Made by a program: the position numbers and the translations under genes
Notes under the pieces: model-generated
What the model was told of the DNA's origin: nothing
The model's database searches: none
What the model saw: the letters and a program-made list of their open reading frames with translations, nothing else
In this document: one piece after another, positions 18,699 through 27,440 of the stretch
Numbering within the stretch: the first letter of the stretch is position 1
Layout of the letters: the number at the start of each line of letters is the position of its first letter
NCBI GenBank assembly: GCA_963753345.1
Contig: CAVWBU010000024.1
Coordinates: 192,001 to 256,000 of the forward strand
Direction of reading: 5' to 3'
From: an uncultured Fibrobacterota bacterium
Lineage (GTDB): Bacteria > Fibrobacterota > Chitinivibrionia > Chitinivibrionales > FEN-1185
Length of the DNA stretch: 64,000 nucleotides

Positions 18699-19004
18699 TT
18701 ACTTCGTCTCCGGAATGAACTTGTACACCTTTTCGTCTTTCCGCGCCATGCCGAGCTTCTCCCGGGCGATTTTCTCCATGTAGGCGGTGTCGCTCTTGAG
18801 CCGGGCGTTCTGCGCGGCAAGCGAATCAAGCTCCGCCCGCTGGCGCACGAGCGCGCGTTCTTTTTTCCTCACGTCAACGAAAGACCGGTAGATCCGGCCC
18901 ACGCCGGCCCTGCCCACAAACAAGGAAGCAACAAGCAGGCATGCCGCGAAAAGCACGATCCATCTGCCTATCTTCTTTGTGGGTATTCTTGGCCGGTGAC
19001 TCAT
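18699..19004 (-). CDS. ftsB: Septum formation initiator (FtsB/DivIC family)
   Basis: N-terminal TM helix, a coiled coil, and YMEKIAREKLGMARKDEKVY. Confidence 0.85.
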   Translation of the reverse strand: MSHRPRIPTKKIGRWIVLFAACLLVASLFVGRAGVGRIYRSFVDVRKKERALVRQRAELDSLAAQNARLKSDTAYMEKIAREKLGMARKDEKVYKFIPETK

Positions 19005-20132
19005 CTAGTCCGCCCGCACGTATTGCTGGCCCGCCACCTGGCGTATCACGCCCTTGAGCTCGAGGCTGAGCAGAATGTCGAACAACTGCGAGACCGCACG
19101 TCCCGCTTTTTCGGCAATTGCATCGAGCCTGAGCGGCTCTGCCGACAGCACGCCCGCCACATTCTGTTCGTCGGGCGAAAGAAGCTCAAGCGGCATGGAC
19201 GGCGCCGCTTCCCGGCCCGGCACCGCTGCACCGGTGACTCCCGGCATGGAAAGGTGCGTCATGTTGTCAAGGATATCGTCGCCGCTCCGCACGGGTATGG
19301 CCCCGCTTTTCAGGAGATTGAACGTGCCCGCGCTCGCGTTTGAAAAGATGGAGCCGGGGACCGCGAACACGTCGCGCCCCTGCTGGAGCGCGTAGCCCGC
19401 CGTGATGAGGCTGCCGCTTCTCTCCGGCGCCTCGACCACCAGTACGCCCGCCGACAGACCCGCGATGATCCTGTTGCGCCGCGGAAAATGATAGGCCTCG
19501 GGCAGCGACCCGAGATCGAATTCCGACACGAGAGCGCCCGATTCCGCGATGCGTTCCGAAAGCTCCCTGTTTGCGGCCGGGTACACGGTGTCGAGCCCGC
19601 AGCCAAGCACCGCGATGGTGACGCCGCCGCAGTCGAGGCACGTTGTGTGCGCAACGGTGTCGATGCCGAGCGCAAGGCCGCTCACGACCGCCACCTTTTT
19701 CTCAACCAGCTTCTTTACAATATGGGCGGCGGCGTTCCTGCCGTACTGGCTCGCGCCGCGCGTTCCCACCACGGCGCAGGCATGACCGGCAAAGCTGTCG
19801 AGCTTCCCCTTTACGAACAGGACTGGTGGCGGGGCGTAGATCTCGCGCAGCAGCGGAGGATAGGCGTCGTGGTCCCAGGTGAGCACCGTAATGCCGAGGG
19901 ACTCGGCCCGCATAAGCTGCTCCTGCGCCGCGTCGAGAAGGGCGGGCGGGTCAATGGCGTCGCCGCCGGAAAACGCGGAAGCCGCCTGCACGAGCGAGGC
20001 CCGGCCCTCACGCTCAAATAATGAGGTCGCAGAGCCGTAGTGACCGATAAGCGCTTTGATGCGCACGGGGCCGAGGCCCTTCACCGAATTGAGCGCAAGG
20101 AGCGCCGCGACCGTGCTTTTGTCCGGGTCCAT
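19005..20132 (-). CDS. dprA: DNA-processing protein DprA
   Basis: Motifs YPPLLREI..PP.VLFVKG, VVGTR, VSGLALGID, HFPRRNRII.GLS and GSLITA, plus a C-terminal winged helix. Confidence 0.96.
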   Translation of the reverse strand: MDPDKSTVAALLALNSVKGLGPVRIKALIGHYGSATSLFEREGRASLVQAASAFSGGDAIDPPALLDAAQEQLMRAESLGITVLTWDHDAYPPLLREIYAPPPVLFVKGKLDSFAGHACAVVGTRGASQYGRNAAAHIVKKLVEKKVAVVSGLALGIDTVAHTTCLDCGGVTIAVLGCGLDTVYPAANRELSERIAESGALVSEFDLGSLPEAYHFPRRNRIIAGLSAGVLVVEAPERSGSLITAGYALQQGRDVFAVPGSIFSNASAGTFNLLKSGAIPVRSGDDILDNMTHLSMPGVTGAAVPGREAAPSMPLELLSPDEQNVAGVLSAEPLRLDAIAEKAGRAVSQLFDILLSLELKGVIRQVAGQQYVRAD

Positions 20133-20178
20133 AACCAGAAAATAATTCGGGGCTGTCCTGTTTACCGTGTGCGTTCAC

Positions 20179-20206
20179 TTGCCAAAAGGCCGGCCATCAT
20201 TATATT
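20179..20206 (+). promoter_or_regulatory. Putative sigma70 promoter for the STAS gene
   Basis: TTGCCA-16 nt-TATATT upstream of the GTG at 20241. Confidence 0.45.
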
Positions 20207-20240
20207 ATTAGGGTTCTCACCCACCGAAAGGAAACCTACC

Positions 20241-21098
20241 GTGAAATGCTACGAAGTGCGAAAATGCTCGAAAGAAGAACGCGAGGCGTGTTACGTCTGG
20301 AACAGCTTCCGTGACAATCCGCAGGACATCGAAAACGTCAAGTGCTGGGTGCTCAAAGGAGCCTACCAGGAAGAATCGGGCCAGCAGCTCAAGAAATGCA
20401 AACAATGCCCGTATTTTGCCGCCATGAACCGGGATGCCGGCATCGCCTCTGAAGGCGACGCCGACGTTGCGGTCATCACGTGCGAAGGCGCCATCAACAC
20501 GGAGCGCACCAAGGCGCTGGAAAAAGTGTGGGAAACCCTGCGCCAGCAGAACCGCGTCAAGATTCTTCTCGACATGTCGCGGGTCAGCAACATCTATTCG
20601 TGCGGCCTGGGAGCCATCATCAAGATCCACAAGGAGGCCAGCGCCGCCAAGGGCCTGCTCGTGGTGGTGGTCAACGACGAGTACATCATCAACCTGTTTA
20701 CCGTCACCAAGCTTTCACGCCTTCTCCACATTGTCAAGAACAACCGCGACGCACGCGACGTTTTCGACGCCCTCAAGAAACGCGAACTGGAGGCGCAGAA
20801 GAAGGCGATGGAGACAACGGCGGCGGCTGCGGCAAAAGCGGGGGCCGACGCGAAGGCCGCGGCCGAGGCGGCGAAACCGCCCAAGCCCAAGGAGCGGCCC
20901 GCATGCTGGGTCTACTGGAAGGGCCACAATCCCAACAATGCGACCAAATGCGACGAGTGCTTCACTAAGATAAAACCCACCGGTCAGCCCTGCTGGATAG
21001 TTGACGGAATGATAGAAGGCATCTCGTTCCAGTACGTGGACCAGGACTGCGAGGCCTGCCGGTATTTCCAGGAATTCGCGGGCGCCGAGGAGCTGTAG
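20241..21098 (+). CDS. STAS (anti-sigma antagonist) domain protein flanked by two Cys/Trp-rich (two-CW-like) modules
   Basis: Central STAS domain (ILLDMSRVSNIYSCGLG). N- and C-terminal C(Y/W)...CW...CxxCxYF modules. GTG start follows AAGGA. Confidence 0.8.
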   Translation: MKCYEVRKCSKEEREACYVWNSFRDNPQDIENVKCWVLKGAYQEESGQQLKKCKQCPYFAAMNRDAGIASEGDADVAVITCEGAINTERTKALEKVWETLRQQNRVKILLDMSRVSNIYSCGLGAIIKIHKEASAAKGLLVVVVNDEYIINLFTVTKLSRLLHIVKNNRDARDVFDALKKRELEAQKKAMETTAAAAAKAGADAKAAAEAAKPPKPKERPACWVYWKGHNPNNATKCDECFTKIKPTGQPCWIVDGMIEGISFQYVDQDCEACRYFQEFAGAEEL

Positions 21099-21100
21099 CC

Positions 21101-21373
21101 ATGGCGCTTCTGGAATGTCCCGAATGCAAAGGCCAAGCGTCGTCCTCCGCGTGCCGCTGCCCGCACTGCGGGTTCCGCCTCAAGGGCCGGTGCGGCCCGC
21201 TGTGCCGGTGTGTTCCTGTTGTGCTCGCGTGCGCCCTTGCATGCGCGCTCCTCTTCATTTTCTGCTCCGTTGCCGTGAATATCAACAGCAACAACGGCAT
21301 GATCAATTTCAACTCGAACAAACGAGGAATCTTCCCGCGGCTCCGGATCAGGTGCGGGCGGCGTTGCAGGTAG
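21101..21373 (+). CDS. Small zinc-ribbon membrane protein
   Basis: MALLECPEC...CPHCG followed by a hydrophobic segment. It starts 2 nt after the upstream stop. Confidence 0.6.
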   Translation: MALLECPECKGQASSSACRCPHCGFRLKGRCGPLCRCVPVVLACALACALLFIFCSVAVNINSNNGMINFNSNKRGIFPRLRIRCGRRCR

Positions 21374-21457
21374 GATCGTTTTTGCGCACCCTTGCACCTG
21401 TGAAGAATCCCCTTTTCACTTCGCTTGCCAACACTCCGCCAATCGGTATTATCATTC

Positions 21458-21486
21458 TTGACAAAACTTAATGGGGACCGTATATT
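21458..21486 (+). promoter_or_regulatory. Near-consensus sigma70 promoter
   Basis: TTGACA-17 nt-TATATT. A second candidate, TTGCCA-16-TATTAT, lies at 21425-21452. Confidence 0.65.
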
Positions 21487-21541
21487 CTCATTTGAGGATT
21501 TTCTCGGAAGAGACAGCAGTGCAAAGTACAGGGGGGGCAAT

Positions 21542-22270
21542 ATGGCGGATGATGAAGAATTTATTGTACTCTACCAAAAACCACTGGAAACAAAATCCCT
21601 CTCAGTATCTGTCCGTCCCAGCTTGCGGGCACGTTGCTTTTTCGCCGTGCTGCTGCTTTCCGCTTTTGGAATGTCGGCGGCCGCAGTTGTCCCGGTAAAA
21701 GTCATGGGGACTCAACAAACATCGCTTCTGGTTGTCCCAAATCCTTCAAGTCCATCAGCGATGCATGAAATGCCGGGAGAATTTTATTTTTCGAACCAGC
21801 CGAATGCCCGTAACTGGGTGCGGGTGGACAATAGAGGAATCGTTATTTCCTTTATGGTTGGCCCCCAAAATTATTCTTTCACGGAATCAAGTCTCAAGAT
21901 TTATGATTCCTATGGTACTGCGGTGGCTACTGCCGGGGGTTCAATAGTTATTCCTGCCAGTTGGACTGCCGCTTCGAACACCTACGATTACGATGTCTAT
22001 TGGAACGGCACAAAGACGAATGGGGAATTTGTTCATGAGGGAATTTACACGGCGGAATTGAAGTATACCTTGACAGGTTCAACCGATCCTGTGGTACTGA
22101 CTGGAGCATTTTACATGGAACAGCCGGGAGCAGCGGATACCCTCTACAGTAATGTAAAAAAGAATGTCTGTGGCACCGGCTATGCTCTTGCACTAATTCC
22201 AGCCATAGGTATTAGGCTACGGCGTCCGCTCCTTGCGGCTTTCAGAAAGAAATCGGGGAGGCAATCATGA
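21542..22270 (+). CDS. Exported FlgD-Ig/CTD-like domain protein with a C-terminal Cys-Gly hydrophobic/basic tail
   Basis: Signal-like hydrophobic stretch, then VPNP...LKIYD..G...WNG...G..V.EGIY, then the tail CGTGYALALIPAIGIRLRR...RKK. The start is placed downstream of the 21458 promoter. Confidence 0.65.
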   Translation: MADDEEFIVLYQKPLETKSLSVSVRPSLRARCFFAVLLLSAFGMSAAAVVPVKVMGTQQTSLLVVPNPSSPSAMHEMPGEFYFSNQPNARNWVRVDNRGIVISFMVGPQNYSFTESSLKIYDSYGTAVATAGGSIVIPASWTAASNTYDYDVYWNGTKTNGEFVHEGIYTAELKYTLTGSTDPVVLTGAFYMEQPGAADTLYSNVKKNVCGTGYALALIPAIGIRLRRPLLAAFRKKSGRQS

Positions 22271-22893
22271 AACGATTAGCCTTCTATCTCATGATCGTCT
22301 TGTTTTCCACGAATGCCTGCTCCTTTGATAACGACCGTAAGGGGTTCGTTTTCGGCATTGGATTGTCACCAGACTTCACGTACACGTATGTGTCAACCTC
22401 CCTCGGCAGCCAATCCGGTTGGTACAATAACTATCTTGGGGGACTTGCCGGGGAGTTGCGCCTCGGTTATTCGAGATCAGGGAAGAATATTTCAAGCTTC
22501 ATTTCTTCCTTTACATGGAATTATCCAAGCGACCAGTTTAATTATTCTTTGTTCGGAGGTTACGCATTTTCCCATTATATCAATGAATCGGGGCCGTCAC
22601 TTGCATATGATTTTTCTGTGGACTTGGGTTTTAGGCATACCAACGTCATTGACCAAGGAATAGGTTCCTTTGGGATGAGGACGGCTTTCAAGGTGGGGTT
22701 TGAGCTTGGCAAGCACATCAGTGTCTGGCTTGGGGACAGGATATTTTATCAGGTTGATTCTTACACTATTAATCGGACGACGATTGATCCAAACGACCCT
22801 ACAAATACGATCCGCTCTCTGGGCAGCCAAAGTGTGACGGAAAACGGCTTCGGCAATTCGGTTTTTATTATTCTCGGTTACACGCTGTATTGA
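22267..22893 (+). CDS. Hypothetical outer-membrane beta-barrel-like protein
   Basis: Signal peptide, FDNDRKGFVFGIG, alternating beta strands and a C-terminal aromatic residue (LGYTLY). It overlaps the upstream gene by ATGA. Confidence 0.65.
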   Translation: MKRLAFYLMIVLFSTNACSFDNDRKGFVFGIGLSPDFTYTYVSTSLGSQSGWYNNYLGGLAGELRLGYSRSGKNISSFISSFTWNYPSDQFNYSLFGGYAFSHYINESGPSLAYDFSVDLGFRHTNVIDQGIGSFGMRTAFKVGFELGKHISVWLGDRIFYQVDSYTINRTTIDPNDPTNTIRSLGSQSVTENGFGNSVFIILGYTLY

Positions 22894-22895
22894 TT

Positions 22896-22913
22896 AACGG
22901 GGCGGGACCCGTT
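22896..22913. terminator. Short hairpin between convergent genes
   Basis: AACGGG-GCGGGA-CCCGTT flanked by AT-rich bases. Confidence 0.35.
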
Positions 22914-22942
22914 TAAAATAAGAATACCCGCGCGCTTCTCAC

Positions 22943-23212
22943 CTACCGCAGCACCCTTGCCGTCACCTCTTCCTTTGTCAACCCGATAACCTTCACCAGT
23001 TTGTTCTTCGATGCCAGCCCATGCAGTATCGAGATGCAGGATTTCGGCAGGTCAAGCGTTTCGGCAAGGAGCGCGATAAGAGCGGCATTGGCCTTTCCCT
23101 CGATGGGAGGCGCGTGCACGCGCGCCAGAAGCGAACCGTCGGGCCCTGTTTCGATTGCGTCCTGTTTCGCGTTCGGCCTGAGGCGGACGCCGACGGTGCA
23201 GGACGGCGCCAT
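22943..23212 (-). CDS. DUF167 (YggU) family protein
   Basis: Motifs VRLRPNAK, RVHAPPIEGKAN.ALI..LA and I..G..SKNK.V. Confidence 0.92.
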   Translation of the reverse strand: MAPSCTVGVRLRPNAKQDAIETGPDGSLLARVHAPPIEGKANAALIALLAETLDLPKSCISILHGLASKNKLVKVIGLTKEEVTARVLR

Positions 23213-23216
23213 CGCG

Positions 23217-23774
23217 TTACAGGTCCATGCCCTGCGCGAGGTCGGGCCGGGAGGGAATTTCGTCCAGGGTTTCTTCGCCGGCGATGGACGTGTCGGAAGC
23301 ACGGCCGGCCGCAGCCCCTCCGCTCAGGTCGTCGCTGATCACGCTCAGCAGTTCGAGCTGGGTCTTGAGCATGGCGCGGAAGCGGGCGAGAAAACTGTCG
23401 CGCTGGGTCTTGAGCGATATGATCTCGCTTTCCAGGTCGTGCACGCGGCGGCGCGAATCGTCCTCGTAGCGGCCGGCCCGCACCTGCGCGTCCTTCAGGA
23501 TAAGCTCCGCTTCCTTCTGCGCATTGAGCCGCGCCTCGTCGGTCGCCTTCTGGGCGGTAAGCAGGGTGTCGCTGAGGGTCTGCTCTATCTTGACATAATG
23601 ATCGAGCTTCTCCTCGAGGTGCTTGATGCGCGTGGTGAACTCGTCGTTCTCCCGGATGATCTTCTCGTACTCGTTCGCCACCTGTTCGAGGAACGTGTTG
23701 ACCTGGTCCCGGTCAAACCCGCTCAGGGTGTGGCGGAACGGCATTTTTCTGATGTCAAGGGGCGTAAGGTGCAT
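23217..23774 (-). CDS. divIVA: DivIVA domain-containing protein
   Basis: MHLTPLDIRK..F...LSGFD...V..FLE followed by a coiled coil. AGGAG ribosome-binding site. Confidence 0.92.
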   Translation of the reverse strand: MHLTPLDIRKMPFRHTLSGFDRDQVNTFLEQVANEYEKIIRENDEFTTRIKHLEEKLDHYVKIEQTLSDTLLTAQKATDEARLNAQKEAELILKDAQVRAGRYEDDSRRRVHDLESEIISLKTQRDSFLARFRAMLKTQLELLSVISDDLSGGAAAGRASDTSIAGEETLDEIPSRPDLAQGMDL

Positions 23775-23940
23775 AGACTGTCTCCTCTTTGAGGTACCGG
23801 CTGTGCGGATAAAATAATTCGTGAAGCGCCGCGGGTTTCGGTTTGTGAAGACTCCGCGGGCCGCCGGCTTCCTTGCCTGATTGTTCAAAACCTCGCCGCC
23901 AAGGCTCGCCCGCGACCTGATCGGGGGCGCAAAGGACGGG

Positions 23941-24636
23941 CTAGCGCTGCGGCGCATTCCTGTTCCCCAGAAGCAAGGTCCCGACCCGTATGATGGTCGC
24001 GCCCTCTTCTATGGCCCATTCGAAATCCGAGCTCATGCCCATGGAAAGCTCGGGCCTGGGGCGCCATTGCCTGCACCCTTCGGCAAGCGCACGCAGCGCT
24101 GCGAACGACGCGCGCGTTGCGGCCTCGGGGGCCGAAAGCGGGCCGATGGTCATGAGGCCGCAAAACTCGAGATTGGCGCAAGCGGCAACGTGTCCCGCGA
24201 GTTCGAGGCATTCTTCCGGCGCGCAACCCGACTTGGCCTCCTCGGCCGAGGTCTTCACCTGCACGAGCGCTCTTATTCTCTTCTGACAAGTCTGCGCCGC
24301 GGCATTCACCTTGTCGGCGAGACGGGCGCTGTCGATGGACTGGATCCAGGACACCAGCGGGACAGCCTTGTTCACCTTGTTGGTCTGCAAATGGCCCACC
24401 AGATGCATGTCGAACGCGCCGCAAAGATGCGGGACCTTGGCCTCGATCTCCTGCACCCGGTTCTCGCCGATGTCCCTTATCCCCGCGTCGACAAGCGCCT
24501 GCACGGTCTCTGTCGGGTGCGTTTTCGTCACGACCACGATGCGGATGTCGGAGGGATTTCTTCCGCAACGGGCGCAGGCGGCGGCGATGCGGTCTTGAAG
24601 TGCGCGATAGCGGGAGGAGAAATCCAAGGTGTCCAT
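23941..24636 (-). CDS. yggS: YggS family pyridoxal phosphate homeostasis protein
   Basis: Motifs VVTKT, GENRVQE, HLVGHLQTNK, GLMTI and LSMGMSSDFE.AIEEGAT.IRVGT. Confidence 0.95.
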   Translation of the reverse strand: MDTLDFSSRYRALQDRIAAACARCGRNPSDIRIVVVTKTHPTETVQALVDAGIRDIGENRVQEIEAKVPHLCGAFDMHLVGHLQTNKVNKAVPLVSWIQSIDSARLADKVNAAAQTCQKRIRALVQVKTSAEEAKSGCAPEECLELAGHVAACANLEFCGLMTIGPLSAPEAATRASFAALRALAEGCRQWRPRPELSMGMSSDFEWAIEEGATIIRVGTLLLGNRNAPQR

Positions 24637-24810
24637 ACAGTACCTTTCGCATATACTGCGAAGGAAAAGGGTTTCGATGATATGTCTGATCAAAAAATAA
24701 TTCGAGCCCCACCGCCGGTTTCCCCGGTTCTCTTTTGCGCGCCGCACCGGCGCTCCTCAGTTATTTTTCCATCAAACACTTTCCTTTCATTAACCTTGTT
24801 ATCATACAGT

Positions 24811-25857
24811 ATGCCGACACCAACCATCCTTCACTTTTCCACCGGAAGACATTTTCGCGGCGGAGAACGGCAGATCGAATTCCTGCATACCGGTCTCGGC
24901 GGCGCGGGAATGCGAAGCATTCTGGTCTGCAGAAAGGGCGGCGGGCTTTCCGGCCGGAACCTTGCCAACGTCATTCCCCTGCCGTGGCGCGGAGAGTGGG
25001 ACGCCCTAGGTTTGGCGGAGTTTATTCGCATTTGCAAACAGTACCGTCCTGCGATCATCCACAGTCACGACGGCCACTCGCTTGCGCACGCGTCAATTGC
25101 CGGCGCGTTCACGGGCGCGGCCGTGGTCCACACGCGGCGCGTGAACTTCCCGCTCGGGCAGTCGGCGTTTTCCCGGTGGAAATATGCGCGGTGCAGGGCC
25201 GTCATCGGCGTTTCCGAAGCGGTCGCGCGCGCCTGCAAGGAGGCGTTCCCCACGGTGCGGGTGCACACGGTGCACGACGGCGTCGACTGGTCCGCGCCCA
25301 TCCTTGCGCGGAGCAACGCGCGGCAAGAGCTCGGCATCAGCGGCGAGGCATTCGTGATCGGCGCGGTCGCATACTTTACCGAAGAGAAAAACCTTGTGCT
25401 TCTCGCCTCCCTCGCGCGGTCCCTTCTGTCCCGCTTCCCGTCGGCGCGCGTCGTATGCATCGGACCGGTTCACGCCGGAACAAAGGGACTTCCCCCGAAC
25501 ATGGTCTTTGCGGGGTTTCGCGACAACGCCGTCCGCTACTACGCCGCGTTCGACGCGTTCGTCTCGGCATCCCTGTGGGAGGGCCTGGGCAGCGCGCTTC
25601 TCGACGCGGTGGTGCGCGATATCCCGTGCGTTGCGGTTGACGGAGGCGGGACGCGCGACCTGTTTCCCGACCCGGGCGCGCTCGTCAAGCCTGGGGATGA
25701 GGAGGGATTCGTTTCCGCAACGGCGCGTCTCATTGACGGATACGAGCAAGCGCGCGCAGCGGCAGCCGCCTGCGGCGTACGCGCGCGGGACATGTTTTCA
25801 ATCAGGACCATGGTGCAAAGGACTATGGACGTGTATCGGACGGCAGCGTCCCTGTGA
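24811..25857 (+). CDS. Glycosyltransferase family 4
   Basis: Motifs FRGGERQ, IIHSHD, HTRRV, GFRD and S.WEGLG.ALLDA. Confidence 0.88.
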   Translation: MPTPTILHFSTGRHFRGGERQIEFLHTGLGGAGMRSILVCRKGGGLSGRNLANVIPLPWRGEWDALGLAEFIRICKQYRPAIIHSHDGHSLAHASIAGAFTGAAVVHTRRVNFPLGQSAFSRWKYARCRAVIGVSEAVARACKEAFPTVRVHTVHDGVDWSAPILARSNARQELGISGEAFVIGAVAYFTEEKNLVLLASLARSLLSRFPSARVVCIGPVHAGTKGLPPNMVFAGFRDNAVRYYAAFDAFVSASLWEGLGSALLDAVVRDIPCVAVDGGGTRDLFPDPGALVKPGDEEGFVSATARLIDGYEQARAAAAACGVRARDMFSIRTMVQRTMDVYRTAASL

Positions 25858-25883
25858 TCAATGGAAGGTAGTGCGAGATAACG

Positions 25884-26783
25884 GTGAAAATATCCGGATT
25901 TTCATTTGCGAGAAACGCGGACACGCTTGGCTACCCGGTGGCCGAGTCGATTCAATCCATCCTGCCGGTGTGCGACGAATTTGTTGTTGCCGTGGGCAAA
26001 GGCGACCCCGGCGACCGCACCCGCGATCTCATCGAAGGGATAGCGTCGCCCAAGATCAGGATCATCGACACCGAATGGACCGACCGCGAGACCCTGAGGA
26101 GCCGCATCTACAGCCAGCAGACCAACCTCGCCCTTGCGCAGTGCACGGGCGACTGGTGTTTTTACATCCAGGCCGACGAGGTGATGCACGAGCAGTATCT
26201 GCCCGCGGTCCGCGCGAGGTGCGAAGCGCTTCTTGACAATACGCAAGTCGAGGGGCTGCTCTTCGCCTTTCGCCACTTCTGGGGGGATTACCGCCATTAC
26301 CAGGACGCCCACGGCTGGTATCCGTTCGAGATTCGGATCGTGCGCAACCGCATCGGCGTGCAGTCCATCAACGACGCCCAGTCGTTCCGGAAGGAAGAAA
26401 GGAAACTGCATGTCGCCTATGCAAACGCCACGATGTTCCATTACGGCTGGGTCCGGCACCCGAGGCTTATGCAGCAGCGGAACCGCGCGGTGAGAACCAC
26501 CTACCAGGGAAGCGAAGCCGCGGCCCTCCAGTGCGACAAGGCGCCCGACTCCTACGATTTCGGGGCAGTCGACGCGCTGCCCGTGTTTTCCGGCACGCAT
26601 CCGGGCGTGATGGAACAGCGGATACGGGCCATGGACTGGGCCCACCTTCTCGTGCGTAAAGGACCTTTGCGGCCGCCCGGCCAGTCGCTCAAGCACCGGA
26701 TCCTCACGGCAATCGAAAAGCGGTTCTTCGGCGGGAGACAAGTCGGCGGATACAGGAATTATGTGCTGCTGAAGCGGGTTTGA
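25884..26783 (+). CDS. Glycosyltransferase family 2
   Basis: Motifs ISGFSF.RNA..LGYP..ESI.SILP.CDE, GDWCFYIQADE and HYGWVR. Confidence 0.88.
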   Translation: MKISGFSFARNADTLGYPVAESIQSILPVCDEFVVAVGKGDPGDRTRDLIEGIASPKIRIIDTEWTDRETLRSRIYSQQTNLALAQCTGDWCFYIQADEVMHEQYLPAVRARCEALLDNTQVEGLLFAFRHFWGDYRHYQDAHGWYPFEIRIVRNRIGVQSINDAQSFRKEERKLHVAYANATMFHYGWVRHPRLMQQRNRAVRTTYQGSEAAALQCDKAPDSYDFGAVDALPVFSGTHPGVMEQRIRAMDWAHLLVRKGPLRPPGQSLKHRILTAIEKRFFGGRQVGGYRNYVLLKRV

Positions 26784-26812
26784 GACGTTGTGCGGCCTGC
26801 GGAACATACGAA

Positions 26813-26836
26813 AGGCGCCGTCATGTGCCGGCGCCT
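26813..26836. terminator. Hairpin between convergent genes
   Basis: AGGCGCCG-8 nt-CGGCGCCT. Confidence 0.45.
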
Positions 26837-26863
26837 CGTTTGTCATACGCGAATGCCTGACAA

Positions 26864-27391
26864 TCAGAACTGCAAGGTGAGCCCTCCATCGAGAAACCCG
26901 AACCCGCCGCAGTCTTCGAGAAACACGCCGAGCTTCGGGGTGAAATGCCAGCGCGCCCCGAGATACTCCCGGACGCCCCAGTCGGGAGCATACCCATTGA
27001 GCGCCGGCGCGACCCAGACGGTCGGCCCCACCCACACGTCAAGCTTGTCGCGGACCTTTATCTTGTCGGCCCACACCTTCAGATTGAACGGATGAAACGC
27101 GGCCCTGCCGAGAAAGGTGATATAGGCTGCGTCCCAGGGGTACCATGCAGCGTCGGTGTAATAGTATCGAAAACCGATTCCGCCGCCGCCGGATATCGCG
27201 TCATGAAAAGCGTAATCGAAGGCAACGTGCGTGCCGAACACAAAAACCGGAAGCGCCACGCCCATGTCGAGATACTTGTCCCCTTTTGCGTAGCAGCTCC
27301 CCGAGCCCGTCGCCCAGTCTGCGGCGGCATTGGTTGACAAAACAAAACAGGCGCTCACAACGGCGCACAACAACGCAACGTGCTTTTTCAT
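26864..27391 (-). CDS. Small outer-membrane beta-barrel protein
   Basis: Signal peptide, amphipathic strands and a C-terminal GLTLQF. Confidence 0.75.
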   Translation of the reverse strand: MKKHVALLCAVVSACFVLSTNAAADWATGSGSCYAKGDKYLDMGVALPVFVFGTHVAFDYAFHDAISGGGGIGFRYYYTDAAWYPWDAAYITFLGRAAFHPFNLKVWADKIKVRDKLDVWVGPTVWVAPALNGYAPDWGVREYLGARWHFTPKLGVFLEDCGGFGFLDGGLTLQF

Positions 27392-27440
27392 GGAAAACCT
27401 CCCTGTCTGAACGTTTGGGGGACCCTTGCTAAAAATATAA

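Noticed and set aside
23881-24810. N-terminal 310 aa of the 658-aa ORF suggesting a fusion
   Set aside because: It overlaps yggS on the opposite strand. The GT4 motifs begin only at the ATG at 24811.
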